A stretch of 64,000 nt of DNA from Felis catus (Eukaryota): positions 24,306,001-24,370,000 of the forward strand of contig NC_058383.1 in NCBI RefSeq assembly GCF_018350175.1, in the 5' to 3' direction. A model generated the notes under the pieces. That model ran no database searches. It was given only the letters and a program-made list of their open reading frames with translations, and was not told the DNA's origin. The position numbers were made by a program, and so were the translations under genes. Shown piece by piece: positions 53,570 to 64,000 of the stretch; within the stretch, counting starts at the first letter, position 1; each line of letters opens with the position of its first letter.

Positions 53570-55100
53570 TAGTAAAGTCACATGATACAAAATTAATATA
53601 CAGAAATTTGTCAAATTTCTATACACAAATTATGAAGCACCAGAAAAAGAAATTAAGAAAATAGTCCCATTTGCAGTTGCACCAAAAACAATAAAATACC
53701 TGGGAATAAACTTAACTGAGGAAATAACAGACCTGTACTCTGAAAACTATAAAATATCAATGAAAGAAACTGAACATGACACAAATGGGAAGATACTCCA
53801 TGTTCACAAATTAGAAGAACAAATGTTAAAATACCCATACTACCAAAGCAATCTCTACATTTAATGCAATCTCTATCAAAATACCAACAGCATTTTTCAC
53901 AGAATTAGAACAAACAATCCTAGAATTTATATGGAACCACAAAAGACACCGAAAAGCCAAAGTAATCTTGTAAAAGAAAAAAACTGGAGTTATCACAACT
54001 CCAGATTTCAAGTTATACTACAAAGCTGTAGTGACCAAAATGCTATGGTTTTGGCACAAAAAACAAACACCTAGATCAATGGAACAGAATGGAAAATCCA
54101 GAAAAGAACCCCCAACTATATGGTCAATTAATCTTCTACAAAGGAGGAAAGGATATGCAAAAAAGTCTCTTCAACAAACGGTGTTGGGAAAACTGGACAG
54201 CAGCATGTAAAAGAATGAAACTGCATAACTTTCTTATAACAAACACAAAAATAAATTCAAAATAAATCAAAGGCCTAAATGTGAGACAGGAAACCATCAA
54301 GACCCTAGAGAACACAGGCAGTAACCTCTTTGACATGGGCCATAGCAGCATTTTTCTAGATATGTCTCTGAGGCAAGGGAACAAAAGGAAAAATAAACTA
54401 TTAGGACTACATAAAAAAAAAAAAAAAGCTTCCACACAGCAAAGGAAATAAAAAACTAAGACAACCTACTGAATGGGAGAAGATATTTGTAAATGATATA
54501 TCTGATAAGGGACTAATATCACAAAATATATTAAGAATTTAAACAACAGCCAAAAAATAAAATAATCCAATTTAAAAATAAAGGCCCTAAATAGACATTT
54601 TCCCAAAGAAGACATACAGATAGTCAACAGACATATGAAAATATGTTCAACATCACTAATCATCAGGGAAATGCAAATAAAAACCACAATGAGATTATCA
54701 ACATTACACCTGTCAGAATGGCTAGAATCAAAAAGATAAGAAATAATAAGAGTTAGTGAGGATGTGAAGAAAAAGGAATCCTCTTGCACTGTTGGTGGGA
54801 ATGCAAATTTGTGTAGCCACTGTGGAAAGCAGTATGGAGTTTCCTCAAAAAAATAAAAACAGAATTACCATCTGATATGATCTAGTAATTCCACTACTGG
54901 ATATTACCCCCCCAAAATGAAAACACTAACTGGAAAAGATATGTGCATTCCTAAGTTTATTGCAGCATTACTTGTATTACTTGTAATAGCCAAAATATGT
55001 TAGCAACCCACATGTCTATCAATAGATGAATGGATAAGGAAGATGTGGCATTACTCAGGCATAATAAACAATGAGGTCTTGCCATTTGTAAGGATGTGTA
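53570..55100 (+). mobile_element. L1 ORF2 3' fragment
   Basis: Degenerate YLGINL, WNHKR and HCWWEC-type sequence. Confidence 0.85.
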
Positions 55101-55735
55101 TTCTAAATATAAAGAGATTGGCTACATACTAAAATGGAAAATTATCAACGGAAAAAGGGATTCATAACATAATATTCAAAATATTCACGATACAACCCCA
55201 AACTACTCAGTAAACCAAGATTAGGAAAATGTAAACTCGAAAAAAAAAAAAGAAAAGAAAAGAAAAAAAGAAAATCCCCAGATGCCAAATCAAGATGACA
55301 TAGATAATAGAATTATCTAATAATAGACTTTAAAGCAGCTATTACTTTAAAAAATGCTCTAATAACAATCGATCATCAACACTGACCACCTAATAATCAA
55401 TAATCATAGACGGAGATTTTTAACATACTTCCCTCCATAACTGATACAAATGACATAAAAACACATGTTAAAGATATGAACAACATAGAGCACCTGACAG
55501 GCTCAGTCACTACAGCATGTGATTTTTGATCTCCAGTTGTGAGTTCAAGTCCCACAGTGGGTGTAGAGATTATTTAAAAGAATAATAATAATAAACTTCT
55601 TAAAAAAGATATGAACAACATTACTAACAAAGTTGTTGTAACGTGCCCAGAAAATTGCACCCATTGAACACACAGTACACATTGTTTTTCAGTGCAAATG
55701 TGAATGGAGAACATTTGTTAAAATTGACCGTAGTT

Positions 55736-55960
55736 GGGCGCCTGGGTGGCTCAGTTGGTTGGGCGTCTAACTTCAGCTCAGGTCATGATCTCATGGCTTG
55801 TAGGTTCGAGCCCCACATCAGGCTCTGTGCTGACACTCAGAGCCTGGAGCCTGCTTCGGATTCTGTGCCTCCCTCTCTCTCTCTGCTCCTCCCCCACTCA
55901 TGCTCTGTCTCTCTCTGTCTCTCAAAAATAAAATAAAACATTAAAAAAATAAAATAAAAT
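55736..55960 (+). mobile_element. Can-SINE
   Basis: TSD TAAAATTGAC(C/T)GTAGT. Confidence 0.92.
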
Positions 55961-57510
55961 AAAATTGACTGTAGTCAAGCCCACAAAGCTAGTGTCATTT
56001 CAAAAGACTGAACTCATTGGTTAGATTTATTCCTAGGTATTTTATGGTTTTGGGTGGAATTATAAATGGGATCGATTTTTTTATTTTTCTTTCTGCTGCT
56101 TTATTATTGTTGTATAGAAATCAACAGATTTCTGTGCATTGATTTTATATCCTGAGACTTTGCTGAATTCATGTATCAGTTCTAGTAATTTTTTGGTGGA
56201 GTCTTTAGGGTTTTCCACATAGAATACCTAGCCAAAAAGATAAAAGATCTATACTCTGAAACTAGAGCACACTTATGAAAGAAATTGAAGAAGACAAAAG
56301 AAATGGAAAAACATCCCATACTCATGAATTCAGAGAGCAAATATTGTTAAAATGTCAATATTATCCAAAGGAATCCACACGTTCAATCAATCCCTCTCAA
56401 AATAACATCAACATTTTTCAGAGAGCTGGAACAAACAATTCTAAAATTTGTATGGAACCAGAAAAGACACCAAATAGCTATAGTGATGTTGAAAAAGAAA
56501 AGCAAAGCTGGAGGCATCACAATTCTGGACTAGACTTCAAGCTGTATTAGAAAGCTGTAATCGTCAAGACAGTATGGTACTGGAACAAAAACAGACAGAT
56601 CAATAGAACAGAATGGAGGATCCAGAAGAGAACTCACAACTATATGGTCAACTCATCTTCAACAAAGCAAGAAAGAAAAATGGGAAAAAAAACAACAAAT
56701 GGTGTTAGGAAATCTGGATGGAGACATGCAGAAGAATGAAACTGGACCACTTTCTTATACCACACACAAAAATAAATTCAAAATGTGTGCAAGACCTAAA
56801 TGTCAGACAGGAAACCATCAAAATCCTAGAGGAGAAAATAGGCAGCAACCTCTTTGACCTCCGCTGCAGCAACTTCTTACTAGACATGTCACTGGAGGCA
56901 AGAAAAACAAAAGCAAACGTGAACTATTGGGAGCTCATCAAGACAAAAAGCTTCTGCACAGCAAAGGAAACAATCAGCAAAACTAAAAGGCAACCGAGGA
57001 AATGGGAGAAGATATGTGCAAATGATATATCAGATAAAGAGTTAGTATACAAAATATATAACAAACTTATCAAACTCAACACCTAAAAAATAACTGAGTT
57101 AAGAAATGGGCAGAAGACATGAAGAGACACTTCTCCAAAGACATCCAGATGGCTAACAGACACATGAAAAAATGCTCAATCTCACTCAACATCAGAGAAA
57201 TGCAAATCAAAACTACAATGAGATACCACCTGACACCTGTCAGAATGGCTAAAATTAACAACAGAGGAAACAACAGATGTTGGACAGGATGTGGAGAAAG
57301 GGGAATCCTCTTACACTGTTGGTAGGAATGCAGACGGGTACAGCTACACTGCAAAACAGTGTGGACATTTCTCAGAAAGTTAAAGATAGAACTACCCAGT
57401 GCAGCTCCGGCAGTGGGAGGAGCAGATGTGGACAGGCAGCCCAGCTTCGGGAAGGCTCTCGGAGTCCAGCAGCCTGCAGGCACCCAGCATGCACTCGCCC
57501 CACCCCCACG

Positions 57511-57816
57511 ATGCCCAAAAGGAAGGTCAGCTCCACCAAGGGGGTGGAGAAGAAGGAGCCCAATGGAAGGGCAGCGAGGTTGTCAGCTAAATCTGCTCCT
57601 GCAAAATTGGAAATGAAATCCAAAAAGGTGACAGGAAAGGATAAATCTTCAGACAAGAAAGTGCAAACAAAGGGGGAAGGCAAAGCAAAGAGAAAACAGG
57701 CTGAAGTGGTTAACCAAGAGACAAAAGAAGCCTTACCTGAAGAAAATGGAGAAACTAAAAATGAGGAGAGCCCAGCCTCTGATGAAGCAGGAGAGAAGGA
57801 AGCCAAATCTGATTAA
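57511..57816 (+). CDS. HMGN1: Uninterrupted 101-aa HMGN1-like ORF of the retrocopy (function doubtful)
   Basis: MPKRKVSS...ARLSAK...[12 protein letters not shown]...ENGETK...[15 protein letters not shown]. The core RRSARLSA motif is altered to GRAARLSA. Confidence 0.5.
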   Translation: MPKRKVSSTKGVEKKEPNGRAARLSAKSAPAKLEMKSKKVTGKDKSSDKKVQTKGEGKAKRKQAEVVNQETKEALPEENGETKNEESPASDEAGEKEAKSD

Positions 57817-58512
57817 TATCATATCCCATGTCTTATCAGTGTTCCCTGTCTCCCTCCTTGTACAATCCAGAGGAATATTATCAACTATTTTGTAAATGCA
57901 AGTTTTTTAGTAGCTCTAGAAACATTTTAAGAAGGAGGGAACCCCACCTCACCTAATTTTTTTTAAGTGTAAATGCTTTTTTTAAAGAAGTGAAATCATT
58001 TGCTAGTTATTTTTTTGTACAACCAGAAAATAGTGGGATATTGAATATGAAAGGATTTGACTGTCTTGGGTGTCAGCTTAACATTCCATAGATGGGGTAG
58101 TTTTTACATCCTATAATACCAAGCATACTAAATGGCAATTTGGAGTCAGTCGTGCATTTAATATTGTCTTGAACATTTTAAATTACTTCTATTCCCATGT
58201 TGTTTTTGGTAGATTGTTTTCTAAAGAAAACCACCCCTTGATCTTGGCTCTCCCCGTCAGAATCTGATGCATTCTGTAGCATCTTTGTCATGGTAGTCCA
58301 GTTTCCTAATAACTTTGTTAACGTGCTGTAAAAGATTGAAAATTTGAGTATGTAGTGTATATGATACTAAATTGTGAATTAATGGGACTTAACGCTCTAA
58401 TGGCATATCAACATTTGAAGATATTGATACTTGATATACTGTTAAGGAAAATTTGCCTCCAAATTTTAAGCTGGAAGGTCAGTGGAATAACTTTTAGAAA
58501 AGAATCACAACT

Positions 58513-58735
58513 GGGGCCGCTGGGTGGCTCAGTTAGTTAAGTGTCCAACTTCAGCTCAGGTCATGATTTCATGGTTCGTGGGTTCAAGCCCCACATTGGG
58601 CTCAGCACTGATAGCTCAGAGCCTGGGGTCTGCTTCAGATTCCGTGTCTCCCTGTTTCTCTGCCCCTCCCTCACTCACACTCTGTCTCTTTCTCTCTCGA
58701 AAATAAACAAACATCAAAAAAATTTTTTTAAAAAG
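58513..58735 (+). mobile_element. Can-SINE in the HMGN1 retrocopy 3'UTR
   Basis: TSD GAAAAGAATCACAACT at 58497-58512 and 58736-58751. Confidence 0.95.
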
Positions 58736-58885
58736 GAAAAGAATCACAACTACATGATTTTTTAGATTTTCAGTAATACATTAAGAGTTCTATACAAATT
58801 GAATTTGTCTATATTGATCCTCAGAACAACCAATAAAAACTCAATTATGAAAGAATTTCTTGAAGCACACATACACAAGATAGAA

Positions 58886-58945
58886 CTACCCTATGACCTA
58901 CCCTATGACCTACCCTATGAACTACCCTATGACCCTATGACCCTA
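58886..58945. repeat. Short tandem array of CTACCCTATGA(C/A)
   Basis: About four 12-bp copies plus a partial copy, directly after the HMGN1 TSD. Confidence 0.9.
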
Positions 58946-59918
58946 GCCAAATGAAGAATGGTACAAAATGAACCATTTGGGGTGGAGGGAAAAGGGTTTA
59001 ATGTGAAGTAAGATTAAGGAGAAACGGTAATTAGGGAAACCAATGAGAGGATTTCTGAAATAGCTGGATGGTGAAAAATCACTAAGAGTTTGCACTGGAA
59101 AATGACATTTCTACACATGGTGAGAAAGAAACAGGATTTAGAAAACAGATAACTAATATCGACAGCTACATAATATTTCCTACTAACAACCAGTATCTCT
59201 TTAATCATTGCCACAACCCAATGTGGTAGGAATATTTTTACCACCATTTTACAGGTGAGGCACAGAGAAGTTAAGAAACTTACCTAATAGTTATAGAGGC
59301 AGGAAATGGCAACATTCTTAACACTAAACATACTGTACTATACTATACTGATAAGATTGAAGTTTCAAGCCTGGGTGATTTGGGGGAGGATAATCTCATT
59401 AGCATATCTAGACAACCCAGGAGGAGAGACAATCCCTTGCCCCTTAAAAGAATGATGTTTCTCTCTATACCATTCTGTCTTCATTAAACCCAAGCATCAT
59501 TGTCGCTTCAGGAAATACATCATATTTCCTCACCCCCATACAACTTGATAAGTAGCAACATCAAAATACCTTAAGAACAGCCTGATACATGGGAAAGAAA
59601 GTCGTTTAAAGAAGTGTGTACAAACTTCTAGAATATGAAGTTAATTACGTACATATCCCATTTCCATTGATTTCTACCACCCAAATATTTATTAAACTCT
59701 TCCTTCTCTGTTCCTTTATACTAAACCACTTTGACTCAGGCCCTCCTTGCTTTTCTCCTGGTCTGTTACAATTACCTCTCAACTGGTTCCACACCTTCAG
59801 TCTTGATGTCATAGTCAAACTTTGTGTCAGCAAACTATAGCCTATTGGCCAAATCCAGCCCACAGACTACTTTTGTATGTCCTGTGAGCTAAGAATGGCT
59901 TTTACATTTCTAGGTGGT

Positions 59919-59992
<74 letters not shown>
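59919..59992. repeat. Compound (GAAA)n(GCAA)n microsatellite
   Basis: Direct inspection. Confidence 0.95.
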
Positions 59993-59993
<1 letters not shown>

Positions 59994-61126
59994 GACAGAG
60001 ATACATGTGGCCCACAAGCCTAAAACATTCACTATTTTTGTGCTTTCCACAAAATGCTTGCCAACTCTTAATCTAAGCTGTCCTCCACATTCCTTTCCAG
60101 AGTCCTTCTTCTGACAATGCACTGATAGGAACATGGTTAGGATACAGATAGTCTCAAAGCCAATCCTCCCATGCTGTCTCCCCAGTGAACTCCAGTTGTC
60201 CTCCATTGCTCAGACCAAGCATCACACCCTCAGTACTTTAAGAACAACTTTGCCCACACCCCTAGGTACTTATCATTTTAGAAAAGTAGCTCAGTTTACT
60301 AGTATTTCCTCAACTAAACCTTTAGGAATTCCATCCTCCCTTTTTAACTGCCATTTGTTGAGTGTTTCCTACAGGTCAGAGACAGACCTAGATAGATAAT
60401 TCTTAAAATAACATGTCACTTAATCTCCCTGATAGCCTAGAAATTTGGTATTATCTTCAATTTACATCTGAAGAAATAGGCTATGATCACAGGATTAATA
60501 CTTGGCAGAGTCAAGATTTAAAGCCAAGATTTATGAAACTCCCTGATAAAGTGTAGGTAACTAATAAATAAGTGAACCAATCAGTGGATAGATGGATGAA
60601 TCAACAGCTTTCTCTCTGACTTTAGAGCCACTGTTCTTAACCAATGGTCTTAATTTGACTTAATATTGAAAAGCATCTCAAATCTTGGAATTGAGGTTCA
60701 TCTTCAATTAGTCTAATTCAAGAGCTCATATTATTATTTCCTTGTTGCCCATTTTACTCCAAAGAAGACTCAGGACATTTAATATATGACCTCCTTCCAT
60801 AACATTCTTGTCAAATAGTCATTTAGTCAATAAAGCTACAGGCCAAATCAAGAATTTAGATAAAAGCAGAACATCAGAAAATTGATAAATGACATAGTGC
60901 ATACTCCACCCAGTCTATATTTGTATACTGCTATCACAATGTAACTATTCACCATTGAATATATATTCAGTATATAATTGAATGTATCATATATTCAATA
61001 TAATATATTCACATCTATTCACCATTCATACATGAATATGCAATATTCACATTTTGCAATATGTCAAATGTACAGAACACAAATGTATTCCACAGGCCCA
61101 AAATGCTACAAAGAAAGTGACATTAC

Positions 61127-61386
61127 CTTTAATCTGTTTTCCTTTTCCATAACAATGGTCCAGAAGAGGGTAAGTTCAGTTAGAGAAAATATAAGTAAAA
61201 TTATCAAAGGGAAGACAGTTATAAAAAACCACAAAAAACTATCATAAAAATAAGCAGGGGATGGAAACCTCTTAACAAAAATGAGGAAATCATTGAACAA
61301 AACATATGCAGATCTGCTGTTATGGTACATCATGATGGCAATATCCAGGGCATGCTGCAGGGCCAGGAACCCTTCCATAATGTACC
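61127..61386 (-). pseudogene. ABCA3-like locus B exon (260 bp): GYIMEGFLALQHALD...VKRFPSP...IVMEKENRLK
   Basis: AG/GT bounded and open. Homologous to ABCA3 GYMREGFLAVQHAVD...KRFPYP...VVQEKERRLK, with the same recalled size. Confidence 0.93.
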
Positions 61387-61699
61387 CTATATGAGAAAGC
61401 AAAGATGGTCAAGTTCAGCATACCAAGAAACAGCCAGGCAAACAAACAAGGCAATTTGGGTAATCCAAAGCTTTTAACTCAAAGAACAAAACAACTTCCT
61501 AAAACCTGTAGCGACTTGGGACACAAACAGATAATAAATAACATGGAATTGTATCACTATCTTCCCAAAACTAAAATACTGCATAAAAATGGTACAGTTG
61601 CTTTATGTGATTTTATCAGCCAAAATAAATGAGAATTTGATACCAGACATAATTCAATACCAGATATCCCAGACATGCAAATAGAAGTAAAAGCTCAAA

Positions 61700-63660
61700 A
61701 CAAGAAGTGATACAATCCCATTTACAATAGAATCATAAAGAATAAAATAAGAGGAATAAACTTAACTGAGGAGGTGAAAGACTTATAGACTGAAAGCTAA
61801 AAAACAATGCTGAAAGAAATTAAAGATGACACAAGTAAATGTAAAGACATTCCTTGTTCCTGGATTGGAAAACTTACTGTTGTTAAAATAGCCATACTAC
61901 CTAGAATGACCTACAGATTCAATGCAATCTCTATCAAAATCCCAGTGCACTTGTGATGAGCACTAGGTGTGTTTAAAAGTGTTGAATCACCAAACTGTAC
62001 ACCCAAAACTAATATTATACTGTATGTTAACTAACTGGAATTTAAATAAAACTTTTTAAAAAACCCCAGTGGCATCTTTTGCAGAAACAGAAAAACGATC
62101 TTAAAATCCATATGAAATTGCAAAGAACCTCAAATAGTCTAAATGATCTTCAGCAAAGAGAACAATTGCTCTTGTGAGCTGGAGGCCTCACAATTCCTGG
62201 TTTCAAAATATGTTGCAAAGTTACAGTAATCAAAATAGTATGGTACAGTAGCAGCATAAAGACACCATAGAGGGGCACCTGGTGGCTCAGTCAGTTAAGC
62301 ATCCAACTCTTGCTTTTGCTTCAGGTTTGTGGGATCAAGCCCTGCATCGGCCACTGTCATTGCAGATCCTGCTTTGGATTCTCCCCCTCAAATAAATAAA
62401 TAAACATAAAAAAAAAGACAGACATAGAGACCAACATAACAGCCAGCCCAAAGTAAAATTCTCACATATCTGGTCAAATGACCTTCAACAAGGGCACTAG
62501 GAGAGAGGACACACTCTTCAAAACAAATGGTGCTGGATAAACTGGATATCCACATGCAAAATAATGAGGCTGGATCCTTATCTTATACTATATACAAAAG
62601 TTAAATCAAAATAGATTAAAGACCTAAACATAATACCTGAAGCTATAAAACTCTAGAAGAAAACATACAGCAAAATCTTTGTGACATTAGATTTGACAGT
62701 GATTTACTGGATATGATACCAAAAGCATAGGTGACAAAAGCAGAAGACAGACAAATGAGATGACTTTAAACTGAAAGGCTTGTGCACAGTGAAGGAAACA
62801 ATCAACAGTGAAAGAGCAATCTATGGAACGGGAGGAAATATTCACAAACCATATAACTGATAGAGGATTAATATCCAGAATATATAAAGAACTTCTCTAA
62901 CTCAACAACAAAAATAAGCCTATTAAAAAAATGGGCAAAGGACTTGAATAGACATTTCTCCAAAGAAAACACAGATGGGTCAAAACACACCAGAAAAAGC
63001 ATTCAATTTCGCTAATCATCAGGGAAATGCATATCCAAAGCAAAATGAGATACCACTGCACAACTGTTAGGATGGCCACTACCAAAAAAACCCAGAAAAG
63101 AACAAGTGTTAGTGAGGATGTAAAGAAATTGGAATCCTTGTGCATTGTTGGTAGGGATATAAAATGGTGCACAGTACAGAGGTTTCTCAAAATACTAAAA
63201 TAACAGTCATATGATCCAGCAATCCCACTTCTTAGCATATATCCAAAAGAATTGAAAAAAGATCTCAAAGAGATCATTTACATACTCATGTTTACTGTAG
63301 CATTATTCATAATAGCCAAGAGGTGAAAGCAACCCTCCACAAATGAATGGATAAACAAAATGTAGTATACTATTCAGCCTTTAAAAAAGAGCAATTCTGT
63401 CATATGCTACAACATAGAGGCATTCTGATGACACTAGGCACAAAAAGACAAGTAATGCGTGATTCCATTTACATTAGGAATCTGATGTAGATACAAAGAA
63501 ATACAAAGTAGAATCTTGGTTTGCAAGGGACGGAAGGAGAGGAAAATTAGGAATTGTTTAATGGGTAGCATTTCAGGTTTGCAACATTAAAAGTTTTAGA
63601 AATGTGTTGCACAATGTGCCTATAATTAACAATGTTGTATTATGTACTTAAAAAGTTAAG
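61700..63660 (+). mobile_element. Older L1 (L1MA-like) 3' portion
   Basis: Degenerate ORF2 tail and L1MA-type 3'UTR. Confidence 0.8.
62272..62415 (+). mobile_element. Can-SINE (short, degenerate)
   Basis: SINE head and tail inside an L1. Confidence 0.8.
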
Positions 63661-63667
63661 AAAGTGA

Positions 63668-63870
63668 GAGCACCTGGGTGGCTCAGTTGGTTAAGCATGT
63701 GATTCCTGAAGCCCAGGTGCCATCTCCTGGTTCATGAGTTTGAGCCCTGCGTTTGGGCTCTGCAATGACAGAGCGAAGCCTGCTTCAGACTCTCTCTCTC
63801 CCTCTCTCTCTGCCCCTCCCCCATGCTCGATCTCGCTCTCTCTCTCTCTCAAAATAAATATTTTTAAAAA
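63668..63870 (+). mobile_element. Can-SINE
   Basis: SINE head, CT block and tail. Confidence 0.85.
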
Positions 63871-64000
63871 CTATATCACTTTTAAATTTCACTGAACTAA
63901 TTCTGATCTAATTTCACTAATTCTGACCACCTATCCTCAGCTGATTTAATCGGCTAAAGTCCTAATAATTAATATCACAGAATCTTAGTGTAAGGGACCT

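Larger units (their letters stand above)
57398..58876 (+). pseudogene. HMGN1: HMGN1 processed retrocopy (5'UTR, CDS, 3'UTR)
   Basis: Intronless. AATAAA at 58832-58837. 15-bp TSD AAGATAGAACTACCC at 57383-57397 and 58877-58891. Inserted into an L1 ORF2 fragment. Confidence 0.95.
56019..58945 (+). mobile_element. L1 with 5' inversion (56019-56226 antisense), host of the HMGN1 retrocopy
   Basis: The antisense RT-region segment ends in ...AATCTAACC and the sense segment resumes at CTAGCCAAAAAGATAAAAGATC. Confidence 0.85.

Noticed and set aside
58886..58945. Repeat array next to retroelements as a CRISPR-like structure
   Set aside because: Head-to-tail 12-mers with no spacers, derived from the adjacent L1 sequence, in a eukaryotic context.

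Overview
Mammalian DNA, almost certainly felid (SINEC_Fc-type Can-SINEs, L1_Fc-type LINE-1), and mostly repeats. It holds two tandem, minus-strand ABCA3-like lipid-transporter loci, most consistent with the ABCA14/15/16(/17) paralog group; I cannot name the exact paralog from sequence alone. (1) The 5' end of an apparently intact gene: a CpG-island promoter at ~11.9-12.9 kb, a probable non-coding exon 1, and coding exons at 1114-1173 and 498-762, continuing off the left edge. (2) Upstream of it, a disabled paralog with six recognisable exons (61386 to 29746), an in-frame TGA, frameshifting deletions, and no exon from NBD1 onward. A chimeric SINE without target-site duplication (TSD) at ~14.7-14.9 kb is the best candidate breakpoint for that loss. 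The introns contain a dead full-length L1, older nested L1s, a tailless L1 5'UTR with a TSD, an HMGN1 retrocopy with an open ORF, a decayed PCNP retrocopy, MaLR/ERV LTRs, hAT DNA-transposon relics and about 30 SINEs. I see no evidence of a new biological system; the interest is in gene loss and retrotransposition mechanics. Repeat subfamily names and ABCA3 exon sizes are recalled from memory, not from a search.
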